Below are positions 19,367 through 29,195 of a stretch of 64,000 nucleotides of DNA, piece after piece. Numbering within the stretch: position 1 is the stretch's first letter; every line of letters starts with the position of its first letter. The position numbers and the translations under genes were made by a program. The stretch is from the NCBI GenBank assembly GCA_017609285.1, contig JAFCEE010000003.1, positions 11,529 through 75,528 of the forward strand, read 5' to 3'. Source of the DNA: Candidatus Pacearchaeota archaeon. Its GTDB lineage: Archaea > Nanobdellota > Nanobdellia > Pacearchaeales > GW2011-AR1. The notes under the pieces are model-generated. The model was not told the origin of the DNA, did not search any database, and saw only the letters and a list, made by a program, of their open reading frames with translations.

Positions 19367-20758
19367 TCAGCTTTTTTTTCTTGGTTCAGTTAAAAAGAAA
19401 ACTTTGTTACTTTTTGTTTCGTGAATCTTTCCTTCTCGCTCATATACTGCTGTTGCTGTAGGCAATTCAAATTTTCCTATAGGAGAAACTTTACTATAAA
19501 TTACATAGCTAAATACTCTTTCTTCATCTGGCTGTAAGCTTTCTACATGCCATTCTAATCTCCTGTTTTTCTCGTCAATCTTATCTGGCTCTACTATACC
19601 AAATCTTTCATGCACCTTAACCAGGCCAGGTATTTTATCAATAACATTTATTTTTTCTACAAATTTTTTAGCCTTAACCATAAGGGTTATTTTCAAAGCA
19701 AATTCTCCTCCTTTAGTCTTAACAAAAGTTGCTTTCTTTTTCAAGATTAGGAATGTAGAAGTGTAAGCTCTAACTAAGAATCCAATAATTATTATAGCTA
19801 CTAATAAAAAAAGAGGGTAAAGCCAGTTGGTTGTAACTTTAATTGTATAAGTTTCTGCAGGTCTTATTTCTTTTTGAAAGGTATATTCAACAACAAAACC
19901 CCTTCTTTGTACTGCTGCAGGGTCTTCATTGAAAATTGTAAATAGTCTAGAAATGATGTTTTTCTTTACCTTAGTCTGAACTAAGGTAGGGAGGTTTCCT
20001 TCATTAATCTTCTTAACTGTTAATTTAGAAATTAAAATACCTGTTTTAATTTTCTCAGTTGAAATATCTGCTTTTTCAGTGAATTTAAATGAGTTTTCTA
20101 TTGTCTCTTCTGTATTGTAAGTTTCAATTTCAGTTGTTATAGAATAAGTTCCTGCTGTTAATTTTTTAATACCCTCTTTATTTAATGTTATTTCAAATTC
20201 CTTTTTTTCATAAGGTTCTAAAGAAAAAGTTTCAGAAAAATCAAAAAAACTCGAATGAAAACGAGCTCTAACTTCTGGAAATGGCAAACTTACTTTATTC
20301 CTAACATACACAACTGCTTTATCTGATTCGAGGTTTATGTTGTAAGAGTTTATTTCTAAAGCATCTTTTAATGGGACTATTTTAATTAACATTACATCAT
20401 CCTGTATACTCTCACTAGATTTAATTTTATAAACAAAATTGAAAGTTCCAGGAGTTTTAAGAATAGCTTGCCCAGGCCATAACTCTATTTCTAATTCTTT
20501 GGTTTCACCCTGTCTAATGCTAAAAGCTTCAGATGGTTTTATTTCTACCCCAACTAAACTATAAACTTTAAAATTATCTGTGGGTCCGAGATTTTTTATT
20601 CTCAGTTTATAAATAGCAGGTTCATTAACTTCTGGAATAACAACATCTACAACAGGTTCTTTTTTGATTTCCAAACCTGCAAAAACTAGTGTTGTCGAAA
20701 TTATTGAAAATAACAAAAATGATGCTATCAATAAAATTAACACTTTCTTTTTCATCAT
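19367..20758 (-). CDS. Surface/membrane protein with repeated beta-sandwich domains, an internal TM helix and a DUF11-like C-terminal domain
   Basis: N-terminal signal MMKKKVLILLIASFLLFSIISTTLVFA. TM helix WLYPLFLLVAIIIIGFLV near aa 320. C-terminus VIDKIPGLVKV...RRLEWHVESLQPDEERVFSYVIY resembles the 'conserved repeat domain'. Confidence 0.45.
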   Translation of the reverse strand: MMKKKVLILLIASFLLFSIISTTLVFAGLEIKKEPVVDVVIPEVNEPAIYKLRIKNLGPTDNFKVYSLVGVEIKPSEAFSIRQGETKELEIELWPGQAILKTPGTFNFVYKIKSSESIQDDVMLIKIVPLKDALEINSYNINLESDKAVVYVRNKVSLPFPEVRARFHSSFFDFSETFSLEPYEKKEFEITLNKEGIKKLTAGTYSITTEIETYNTEETIENSFKFTEKADISTEKIKTGILISKLTVKKINEGNLPTLVQTKVKKNIISRLFTIFNEDPAAVQRRGFVVEYTFQKEIRPAETYTIKVTTNWLYPLFLLVAIIIIGFLVRAYTSTFLILKKKATFVKTKGGEFALKITLMVKAKKFVEKINVIDKIPGLVKVHERFGIVEPDKIDEKNRRLEWHVESLQPDEERVFSYVIYSKVSPIGKFELPTATAVYEREGKIHETKSNKVFFLTEPRKKS

Positions 20759-20807
20759 CTATTTTTAAAATTTAAAAGCTATATAAATATTTCTCTACTT
20801 TAGAACA

Positions 20808-21308
20808 TTAATGTTTTCCTTCTAAGGCAAGGAAAGCTTTAACTTGAGCTAAAAATTCATCTGCTTCAGAATAAATTTTTTCTTCATATTTTTCAATTCT
20901 GCCTCTTATTATGTATCTATCGTAAAGCCCTCTTAAAAATTTAAGAAAGGCACTGCCTTCCCACCTATGTTCATAATCTTTTTCCAATACTGCCGAAACA
21001 CTAATTTCTGGCTGTCCTTTATTTAAAGTTAGTTTTGTTCCATCTTTCTCTACTTCCACATCTTTCATTCCAAGAATTCTCCAATTAACTTTTAAATTAA
21101 ACCTAAAATAATCAGAAATCTTTCTTTTTGCATCCCATTCTATTTCTACTTCTTTTCCATTAGGATTTACTTTTTCACTATATGATTTTTCTACTACCCA
21201 ATACTCTTTATCAACAAGCCATGTAAAACAAAACCTGTATAACTCTTTAAAATCAAAGATTCCCTTGTGTTTTATTTTTCCTTTGAAAACAATATCCTTC
21301 TCTACCAT
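20808..21308 (-). CDS. Hypothetical protein, 166 aa, upstream of and co-directional with the surface protein gene
   Basis: ORF track; no recognisable motif. Confidence 0.4.
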   Translation of the reverse strand: MVEKDIVFKGKIKHKGIFDFKELYRFCFTWLVDKEYWVVEKSYSEKVNPNGKEVEIEWDAKRKISDYFRFNLKVNWRILGMKDVEVEKDGTKLTLNKGQPEISVSAVLEKDYEHRWEGSAFLKFLRGLYDRYIIRGRIEKYEEKIYSEADEFLAQVKAFLALEGKH

Positions 21309-21370
21309 CTTCTCTCTTTTACTTAAATATAAAGAAAAAGTGTATTTAAATATTTTTGTTATTAAAGATT

Positions 21371-21949
21371 TTATGATTCTATCATGTTATTTCTACAACC
21401 TTCGCATATTAACTTTCCATCTTGCTCATAGAGAAAATCAAAATTTCCACATTCTTCACAAACACCTTCTTTTAGAGTTTCTTTTCTTCTAAACTCTTTT
21501 CTTCTTAATTTTTCTTCCTCTTCTCTAATCTGAAAAACTCCTTGCGAATGTGCTATTTCAAATAGACTTGGCTCTATTCTTAATATATCCTTTAAAGTTA
21601 AAAAACCAACAACATTTTTCTTCACAATTACAGGAAGCCACCTATACTTACTTTTTTTCATTTTTGTTAAGGCTTCATACAAATCTGCAGATGGTTTTAT
21701 AGTAGTAATCTTTTTCTTTGCTAAGTCCTTAGCTTTTATATTTTTTAACTCATCTATTGATTTTTTAGTTATCGCCCAAATTATATCTCTTTCTGTTATT
21801 AACCCTTTTAACCTATTGTTTTCTTGTAAAACCAAACTGCCAACTCTTTTTTTAATCATCATTTTTGCACAATCCTTAATACTTGTATCTGGTTTCACAG
21901 AAATAAAGTCTCGAGTCATGATATCGCCCACTTTTATTCCAATTTTCAT
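21371..21949 (-). CDS. CBS-domain pair protein with a C-terminal zinc ribbon
   Basis: Two CBS-like repeats (VGDIMTRDFISVKPDTSI...; KKKITTIKPSADLYEALTKM...WLPVIVKKNVVGFLTLKDIL). Tail CEECGNFDFLYEQDGKLICEGC. Confidence 0.75.
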   Translation of the reverse strand: MKIGIKVGDIMTRDFISVKPDTSIKDCAKMMIKKRVGSLVLQENNRLKGLITERDIIWAITKKSIDELKNIKAKDLAKKKITTIKPSADLYEALTKMKKSKYRWLPVIVKKNVVGFLTLKDILRIEPSLFEIAHSQGVFQIREEEEKLRRKEFRRKETLKEGVCEECGNFDFLYEQDGKLICEGCRNNMIES

Positions 21950-22038
21950 ATTCTATTATCGAAAATAAATTATTTAAATAATTATGTTAAATTAATATAT
22001 ATTTTGTAGGATATATTTATCTTGTTGATTAAAAAAGG

Positions 22039-22449
22039 CTACATTTCCTTAATCATCTCTTTTTCTAATTTATCAAACAATAGCTGGTTCATCTCAGCTA
22101 CTTCTTTCTTTGTTATCAAACCAATAAAATTTTTATCCTTTACTATTACAAAATCGATTTTTTCATTAGTCATTAACTTAATTATTACAAAAATATCTGT
22201 GTCTGGTTTTACTACAGCAAAATTTTTATCTGATTTCGTATCTTTAAGTTTAAAATTCTTCCTTGTCTTTTTGAAAATAGCTTTCAATAAATCATTATAG
22301 CTTAATATCGAATAGAAAAATCCGTTATGCAAAACAACACAAGCTTCTTGCTTATTCATATCTCTAATACATGATTCTAAATCTAGAGAAGAATCAAAAA
22401 TAGGAAAGTTTTCATTCATAATCTCTCTTGCCTTGATTCCTAATTCCAT
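22039..22449 (-). CDS. CBS-domain pair protein
   Basis: AREIMNENFPIFDSSLDL... and KNFAVVKPDTDIFVIIKLM...IDFVIVKDKNFIGLITKKEV are CBS-like repeats. Confidence 0.6.
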   Translation of the reverse strand: MELGIKAREIMNENFPIFDSSLDLESCIRDMNKQEACVVLHNGFFYSILSYNDLLKAIFKKTRKNFKLKDTKSDKNFAVVKPDTDIFVIIKLMTNEKIDFVIVKDKNFIGLITKKEVAEMNQLLFDKLEKEMIKEM

Positions 22450-22533
22450 TTTTTTTACATTATTAATTTTAGCTACTTATCTCGTAAGATAAATCAATTC
22501 TAAATATCCCCTAATCTTACTGGATGAAAAAAG

Positions 22534-22567
22534 AAACAGCGAGGGATCCAGCCAAGCCTCGCTGTTT
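22534..22567. other. Isolated GC-rich hairpin (11-bp stem, 12-nt loop) in a 320-bp divergent intergenic region
   Basis: AAACAGCGAGG-gatccagccaag-CCTCGCTGTTT, read directly. On the minus strand it is followed by TTCTTTTTTC (terminator-like). Confidence 0.4.
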
Positions 22568-22772
22568 GGAATTAAGGATAAATAGATATATATCTTTGAT
22601 GCAAATACAGTATATAAGATATATACTCTTAAAATTTTTGAGATTTTAAAATATATACTAATATATATATTTAAACATATATTTTAAGCTATAATATATG
22701 TTTAAAAGCAAATCAACCTCTTTTTCCTGTGGAAAAAAGATTAAAGATAAGAAGGAAAAGACATGACTTAAA

Positions 22773-23750
22773 ATGGAACAAAGAAAACTAATTAAATTAG
22801 GAAACTCAAGTTTTGCTATAGCTCTTCCAAAAAACTGGATCATTAAATCTGGTTTAAAAAAGGGAGATAAGGTTTTCATTTTCCCAAATTCTAATGGCGA
22901 GATTATAATAAGTCCGGAGTTTAAGAAAAAGGGAAATAAAGAAATCATTCTTGACTTAAAAGATAAAGAGGAAATTCCATTGCAAATAGAAATTTTAGCG
23001 TCTTATCTAAATGATTACAATCTTTTTACAATAAAAAATAATCTTGAGAAGAAGAAAAAACAACATGTTAAAGAACTTATTAAAAATCTTATGAGTTTTG
23101 AAATTATAGAAGAAAATAAAGAAGAAATTAAGTTAAAAGATGTATTTAGTTTAGAAGAAAGTGATGTTGAAACATTTATAAGGAGGATGGATAATATTAT
23201 CAGAAGTTTTTTTGAGGATTTGGGATCTTCATTAAAATCGGGTAAAATAGGGAAAAGTATTCATGATGAAATGTACTTGTCTGACAAAGAAATTACAAAA
23301 CTTTATTTTTTACTTGGAAGAATATTTATGAAATCCTTAAATGACCCTTCTCTTCTTAATTTATTGAAAATTAATTCTTTAGATTTATTTAATATTTGGT
23401 GGTTTGCTTTTAATTTGGAAAAAATAGGTGATGGACTAAAAAACATAGCAACAATTATTGAAAAAAAACCGCTTAAATCATTAGATAAATCATTATCAGA
23501 TATTTTTGAAAAACTTATAGATAATTATGTAAAATGCATGAATGCTTTTTACAAAAGTGATGGGGAACTTGCTATGAGTATTATAGAAGATAATCAAAAA
23601 TTTAGTAAAATGTGTGAGAATGTAAATCAAAAAGAGATTTCTGTGGCAAGGATCGTTGAAAGGTTAAGGTTAGTACAAAACAATATATTCCAAAATGCCA
23701 AAATGATAATTTATACAAATAACCAAAATGAAATCGGAATTAATAAATAA
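22773..23750 (+). CDS. AbrB/SpoVT-domain plus PhoU-like regulator (archaeal phosphate-uptake-regulator type)
   Basis: N-terminus KLIKLGNSSFAIALPKNWIIKSGLKKGDKVFI (SpoVT/AbrB swapped-hairpin). The C-terminal helical region has PhoU-like repeats (FLLGRIFMKSLND...; NLEKIGDGLKNIA). Confidence 0.65.
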   Translation: MEQRKLIKLGNSSFAIALPKNWIIKSGLKKGDKVFIFPNSNGEIIISPEFKKKGNKEIILDLKDKEEIPLQIEILASYLNDYNLFTIKNNLEKKKKQHVKELIKNLMSFEIIEENKEEIKLKDVFSLEESDVETFIRRMDNIIRSFFEDLGSSLKSGKIGKSIHDEMYLSDKEITKLYFLLGRIFMKSLNDPSLLNLLKINSLDLFNIWWFAFNLEKIGDGLKNIATIIEKKPLKSLDKSLSDIFEKLIDNYVKCMNAFYKSDGELAMSIIEDNQKFSKMCENVNQKEISVARIVERLRLVQNNIFQNAKMIIYTNNQNEIGINK

Positions 23751-24918
23751 TTTAGATTTTCAAAAAGAAGATTTAGAATTGCCTGAAGGCCTAGGGGATT
23801 TTATAGGAGTTATATCAACTGGAGAAAATGGCTCCGGAAGAATACATGTAGATAGCGCTCCTTTTAAGTTTCCGAGTATAGGAACAATATTTTCAAGAGT
23901 AACCTATATTTCAGACAAGGAGGAAAAAACTTATTTTGTAAAAAGATTTAGTGAAGATTCTTTTTCTGAATCAGGAAAACCATTAGCTTATAAAAGAGAA
24001 AGACAGAAAAGCCCTCCTGCAAAAATAGAACATAAGTATCTCGAAGCTTTTAGAAAGTTGGGATGTAGTGTGCCTGCCTCTCGCTCTATTAATGGACACA
24101 CCCTTATTATGGAAGATTGCGGCTCATTAACATTAGAAGAAAAAATTAGGAATAAGTCTCCTGAAAGTCAGGAGGAATTATTAGAAATACTCCTACATCA
24201 TCAAGCAAGATTAAGTTTTGCTGGAAGAAAGTTGTATAATGAGAAAAGTATTCCAAGATGGGCATATAGTGGGATACCAAAAAGAAGTGATTTGGACAAT
24301 GCTCTTGCTTATATATTCAATTATTGGAGACCTGGAGCCTCTAAGGAGGAGAAATCAGAATTTATAGCTCAATTTTCATTTATAAGCGACATTTTGAAGC
24401 GTAACCGCAGGCAATTAATATGGGGGGATAGTACAACTTACCACGTTCTTTTCGTAGATGAAAGATCTCCAAGATTTATAGATTTTGAGAGAATAAAAGA
24501 GGGGCATAAAGCTCAGGATTTGGCAGGCATATACTTCTCCCCCGAAGTTAGGCTTGGTTTTGAGGCTGTGGAAAGACTGCTGTATAATTCTTACCAAAAA
24601 GAATATGAATTATGTAACATAGAACATACAAAATCAAACATGGAAAATTGGGAAGATCATTTAAGAATTTTTTATTGTGCCTCTCTTTTTGAGTGTTTAA
24701 GGAGAGGGACTAAAATAAGAGAATTGGCAGCATATTACCCTGATGTATATAGTAGATTTATTGATAGACATTCTGGTTTCAGAAAAGCATTTATGAAATA
24801 TAGAAGGAGAATAACAGAAATTAAAGACAGAGTTTCGGGATCTGACTTTTTTTCAAAAAAAGAGCAAGAAAAATTTGAGGTTGCTGCAGATGCTGCCCTA
24901 AATTTAGTTAGTAAATAA
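23728..24918 (+). CDS. Protein-kinase-like fold / aminoglycoside-phosphotransferase-like enzyme
   Basis: LIWGDSTTYHVLFVDERSPRFIDFERIKEGHKAQDLAGIY resembles the APH/choline-kinase catalytic loop plus the DFx motif (hGD...N......iDfe......DLa). It overlaps the PhoU-like gene by 23 nt. Confidence 0.5.
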   Translation: MKSELINNLDFQKEDLELPEGLGDFIGVISTGENGSGRIHVDSAPFKFPSIGTIFSRVTYISDKEEKTYFVKRFSEDSFSESGKPLAYKRERQKSPPAKIEHKYLEAFRKLGCSVPASRSINGHTLIMEDCGSLTLEEKIRNKSPESQEELLEILLHHQARLSFAGRKLYNEKSIPRWAYSGIPKRSDLDNALAYIFNYWRPGASKEEKSEFIAQFSFISDILKRNRRQLIWGDSTTYHVLFVDERSPRFIDFERIKEGHKAQDLAGIYFSPEVRLGFEAVERLLYNSYQKEYELCNIEHTKSNMENWEDHLRIFYCASLFECLRRGTKIRELAAYYPDVYSRFIDRHSGFRKAFMKYRRRITEIKDRVSGSDFFSKKEQEKFEVAADAALNLVSK

Positions 24919-24969
24919 CAATAAAATTTTTAAATCTTAAATAAAATAAAATTAAGGAGAATAAATTTA

Positions 24970-26479
24970 ATGAGAAAAATGACAGACAAACAACCAATAG
25001 TTATTTTGCCGGAAAATGCAAGTAGAATGATAGGCAAAGATGCACAAAGAAATAATATTATGGCAGCAAGGATCGTAGCTGATACTATAAAAACAACTTT
25101 AGGACCAAAAGGCATGGACAAAATGTTAGTTAATAGCATGGGCGATATTATAGTTACTAATGATGGTGTAACTATTCTTGATGAGATGGAAATTGAGCAC
25201 CCTGCTGCAAAAATGATGGTAGAAATAGCCAAGACACAAGAAGATGAAGTAGGAGACGGAACCACTACAGCAGTAATGTTGGCTGGTAAATTATTAGAAA
25301 ATGCTGAATCTCTTCTAGATAAAAAAATACATCCTACTATTATAACAAAAGGTTACAGGTTAGCTAGCGAGAAAGCTCAGGAATTGTTGAAGGAATTAAG
25401 TATAGATATAAATCCAGATAATGAACAACTTTTGAAACAAATTGTTATGACAGCAATGACTGGTAAAGGGGCTGAGACAGTTAAAGAAAAATTTGCCGAT
25501 TTAATTGTTAAAGCAGTTAAGCAAATTGCCGAGGGAGGAAATGTAGACCTAACAAATATTAAAATAGAAAAAGTTAAGGGGAATGGAATAGAACATACAG
25601 AATTAGTTTCCGGTATTGTTTTAGATAAAGAAAGAGTGAGTATAGATATGCCCCAAAAAATTGAACAGGCTAAAATCGCTTTGTTAGATGTTGCTTTAGA
25701 AATTAAGAGTCCTGAAACTGATACTAGGATTTCTGTTTCAAGTCCTGAGCAGTTACAGAATTTTGTAGAGCAGGAGGAGAAAATTTTGAAAGACATGGTT
25801 CTAAAAATAAAAGATTCTGGTGCTAATGTTATTTTTTGTCAAAAGGGAATTGATGATTTAGCCCAATATTATTTGGCAAAAGAAGGAATTTATGCTTGTA
25901 GAAGAGTAGCTAAGAAAAGGAGAAGATGCTTTTACGTATGTCAGAGGTTGTAAGAATCCTAAAGCTTTAACAATCTTATTGCATGGAGGAACAGAGCATG
26001 TTATTGACGAGATGGAAAGAGCAATAAAAGATGGTTTAGGAGATGTTGCTTCAGCTCTTGAAGACGGCAAAATAGTGGCTGGCGGTGGAGCTATAGAAAT
26101 AGAATTAGCTAAGGAATTAAGAAAATTCTCTCAAAGTTTAGGTGGAAGAGAACAGTTAGCTGTAGAACAATTTGCTTCTGCTTTAGAAAGTATTCCAATA
26201 ACTTTAGCAGAGAACGCAGGATTAGACCCTATTGATATTCTCACTGAATTAAAGTCAAGGCACGACAATGGTAATAAAAATGATGGTTTGAATCTATTTG
26301 TTGGGGGCATAGAGGATACTATCCAAAGCGGAATTGTTGAACCATTAAGAATAAAAGCACAAGCCATAAATTCAGCTTCTGAAGTGAGTATGATGATTTT
26401 AAGAATAGATGATGTTATTGCTTCTAAGTCAGATACAGGTTCTACTCCATCAGGATATCCTGCTTCTGGAATGGAGTAA
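24970..26479 (+). pseudogene. ths: Thermosome (group II chaperonin) subunit disrupted by an internal deletion of about 35 codons plus a +1 frameshift
   Basis: Frame 1 (24970-25953): ...[13 protein letters not shown]...GDGTTT...[15 protein letters not shown], then nonsense and a stop. Frame 2 is open from 25910: [43 protein letters not shown]...GGGAIE... to 26479. The expected block (SDMxKLAKATGA...VEERKV) between RRVKK and GED is missing. Confidence 0.8.
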
Positions 26480-26635
26480 ATTTAGACTTTTATCTAATTT
26501 TTTATTCTATAAAAATAACTTATATAAACTCTTTTATCTGTTTAGAGGACATCCTCTGCTGTTAAATTTGTCTCATAAATGCGCCCCCGACGTATTTGAT
26601 TTCTCTTTATGTTTAAAAAAGAAACTAAAATTAAA

Positions 26636-26706
26636 TGCGCCGGCCGGGATTCGAACCCGGGTTACAACCTTGGCAAGGTTGCGTCTTACCACTGGACCAC
26701 CAGCGC
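26636..26706 (-). tRNA. tRNA-Gly(GCC): tRNA-Gly (anticodon GCC)
   Basis: Reverse complement: GCGCTGG...CAACC-TTGCCAA-GGTTG-TAAC-CCGGG-TTCGAAT-CCCGG-CCGGCGC-A. The acceptor stem has one G-U pair and the T arm is perfect. Confidence 0.9.
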
Positions 26707-26743
26707 ATAAATCTGTTTTAATTATTTTAATTAATGAGGTAAA

Positions 26744-26817
26744 TGGGCCTGGGAGGAATCGAACCTCCGACCTCCGCCGTGTAAAGGCGACGTCATAAAC
26801 CACTAGACCACAGGCCC
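26744..26817 (-). tRNA. tRNA-Val(UAC): tRNA-Val (anticodon TAC)
   Basis: Reverse complement: GGGCCTG-TG-GTCTAGTGGTTTATGAC-G-TCGCC-TTTACAC-GGCGG-AGGTC-GGAGG-TTCGATT-CCTCC-CAGGCCC-A. Confidence 0.9.
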
Positions 26818-26892
26818 TTACAAAAATCAAGAGATGAAGTTTTTTAATCTTTTTGTTTTTATAACAAGATTTAAATATACTATAAATCTCGT

Positions 26893-28716
26893 TTGGACAT
26901 GACTGAAGAAACTAATAAAAAGAAAGAAAATTTGATTGGGGAAATTAAAGATATTAGTTTGGATTATCAACAAAAAAAGAAGTTTCCTACAGAAATTTCA
27001 GAGAAAGCAAAACAAGAGATGGAGAAGACAAGGAAAGAACTGGAGAGCTTTAAGAAAAAAATTCTGAAGAAGTATCCTTTTATTTTTTCTATAGGAATAT
27101 TGCCCCCACAAGCTTGTGAAAAAATAGAAGAGGAAGAAAATGTTCCTCCTGAAGAAGCGAAGAAAAAACCTATTCATCTAATTGTTTTAATACCTGAAGA
27201 ACAATTTAAGAATTTTAACAAGATTAAACTTGGTTTAATCAAGGAAACTGAAAATATAAAACCAAAAATTTGGATACATTTGAAAACTCCTGTGGATATA
27301 TGGAATTATTGTTTAGATGGGAAATATGGTATTATGTCTGCCATAGGAATGTCTTTTCCTTTATATGATAAAGGTTTTCTTGGAAGTTTGAGAGTTGCTG
27401 AAATTCATAAATCTTTAGTATTAAGAAAATTTGAGAGATATGTAGTTAGTTATGTTATAGCTGGTTCTTTGGTTAGAGGCGATGCTACAAAAACAAGTGA
27501 TGTAGATGTTTATTGTATTATAGATGATACTGATGTTAAAAGAATGCCACGTCTTGAGTTAAAAGAGAAGTTAAGAAGTATTATCTATAGTTATATTATT
27601 GAGGCGGGTGAGTTAGCAGGAGTAAAAAATAAGTTGAATGTTCAGGTATATATTTTGACAGAATTTTGGGAAAGTGTGAAAGATGCGCATCCTGTTATTT
27701 TCACTTTTATCAGAGATGGCGTTCCTTTATATGATAAGGGAACTTTTATGCCTTGGAAATTACTTCTAAAGATGGGTAAATTAAAGCCGAGTCCTGAAGC
27801 AATAGACATGTTTATGTCTATGGGAGATAAAGTAAGTAAAAGAGTTAAAAGGACTTTAACTGATTTAGTAATAGGAGATATTTATTGGGGTATTATTACA
27901 CCAAGCCAGGCTTTATTAATGTTGTATGGTCTGCCTCCCCCTACTGCAAAAGAAACACCAAAAATATTTAGAGAAACTTTTGTTGAAAAGGAAAAATTGT
28001 TAGAGAAAAAATATGCTGATATTTTAGAGAAAACAGTTAAAACTTACAAAGATTTTGAGCATGAGAAAATTAAAGATGGCGATATTAAAGGAGAAAATGT
28101 AGATAAGTTTTTGGAACAGGCAGAAGATTTTCTAAAGAGGCTAAAAGAGTTGAGAAAGCAAATTGAAAAACATAGTCAGGAAAAGACTATAGAAGATATT
28201 TACAAAAATGTTTTCGATTTACTAAAAGCTATTTTCGGAAAAAAATCTGAACAACAATTATTAGAAGAATTTGAAAAAAAATTTATTAAAAAAGGTTTTT
28301 TTCCTTTCCCTTTTTTAAGGATTTTGAAAAATATAGTTAAGACTAAAAAAGATTTTAAGAAGGGTAAGATAAAAAGAGAAGACATAGAAAATGTAAGGAA
28401 AAATGCAAATGCACTGATTAATCATTTAATAGAGTATAATCAGAGATGTGAATTAATCAGTTTACAAAAAGGCAAATTAAGATTGAAAACAAAAACTAAA
28501 ACTTATGAGTTAGTTTTAACTGATAATGTTGCTTTTTTAATTGATAAAGGTAAAGTTAGTAAGATTAATGTTAAAAGCAAGAAGTTAGAAGATAGTAGCG
28601 TTGAGGAATTAACAGAAGCTTTAGATAAGCAGAAAAAAAAGCAAGAAGTGAAAGTAGATGAGGATTTGTTTGTTATGCTAAAGAAAAAAATAGGAAAGTT
28701 TGATATTTTACTCTGA
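26893..28716 (+). CDS. Large Pol-beta-superfamily nucleotidyltransferase with HEPN-like helical domain and long Lys/Glu-rich C-terminal region
   Basis: NTase motif IAGSLVRGDATKTSDVDVYCIIDD. The following segment PWKLLLKMGKLKPSPEAI...ALLMLYGLPPPTAKE is homologous to the 285-aa protein at 34633-35490. Confidence 0.65.
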   Translation: MDMTEETNKKKENLIGEIKDISLDYQQKKKFPTEISEKAKQEMEKTRKELESFKKKILKKYPFIFSIGILPPQACEKIEEEENVPPEEAKKKPIHLIVLIPEEQFKNFNKIKLGLIKETENIKPKIWIHLKTPVDIWNYCLDGKYGIMSAIGMSFPLYDKGFLGSLRVAEIHKSLVLRKFERYVVSYVIAGSLVRGDATKTSDVDVYCIIDDTDVKRMPRLELKEKLRSIIYSYIIEAGELAGVKNKLNVQVYILTEFWESVKDAHPVIFTFIRDGVPLYDKGTFMPWKLLLKMGKLKPSPEAIDMFMSMGDKVSKRVKRTLTDLVIGDIYWGIITPSQALLMLYGLPPPTAKETPKIFRETFVEKEKLLEKKYADILEKTVKTYKDFEHEKIKDGDIKGENVDKFLEQAEDFLKRLKELRKQIEKHSQEKTIEDIYKNVFDLLKAIFGKKSEQQLLEEFEKKFIKKGFFPFPFLRILKNIVKTKKDFKKGKIKREDIENVRKNANALINHLIEYNQRCELISLQKGKLRLKTKTKTYELVLTDNVAFLIDKGKVSKINVKSKKLEDSSVEELTEALDKQKKKQEVKVDEDLFVMLKKKIGKFDILL

Positions 28717-28927
28717 TAATCTTCTATAAATAAATTCAATTAGTTTTCCTTTTCTGTCTCTAATTTCGCTTTCCTTTATCATCTCATAATATGCGCCATC
28801 TATATACATTCTTTTATCCTTGGCCAGAAATATCCTTTTTTATCTCAGTTGAGTCAAGTTTATATTTATTTAAATTTAAAAAACTTTAAAAACCATTCTT
28901 ACAACATTTTTAGAGAAAGGATAAAAA

Positions 28928-29194
28928 ATGAAAGGTAGAATAGTCCAATTTAGAAGGGGAAGACATAGAATTAAGGAAAGACATTATTTAATAGATGTTT
29001 CTATGAAAACGAAAGAAGAAGCTGAGAAGTTTGTAGGAAAAGAAGTTGTATGGAAATCCCCGGGAGGAAAAAAAATTAAAGGTAAAATTTCTTCTACTCA
29101 TGGAAATAAAGGTTTAGTTAGAGCAATATTTGAAAAAGGTTTGCCAGGGCAGGCTATAACTGATGAAATTGAGGTGATGGAGGGGGAGAAATAA
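28928..29194 (+). CDS. rpl35ae: 50S ribosomal protein L35Ae (eL33)
   Basis: MKGRIVQFRRGRHRIKERHYLIDV...FVGKEVVWKSPGGKKIKGKISSTHGNKGLVRAIFEKGLPGQA is the canonical L35Ae pattern. Confidence 0.9.
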   Translation: MKGRIVQFRRGRHRIKERHYLIDVSMKTKEEAEKFVGKEVVWKSPGGKKIKGKISSTHGNKGLVRAIFEKGLPGQAITDEIEVMEGEK

Positions 29195-29195
29195 A

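Noticed and set aside
26577-26641. Short duplication taaatgcgcc upstream of tRNA-Gly (26576-26585 versus 26632-26641) as a possible att remnant
   Set aside because: Only about 10 nt are shared, which is too short to distinguish from chance, and no associated mobile genes lie between the copies.
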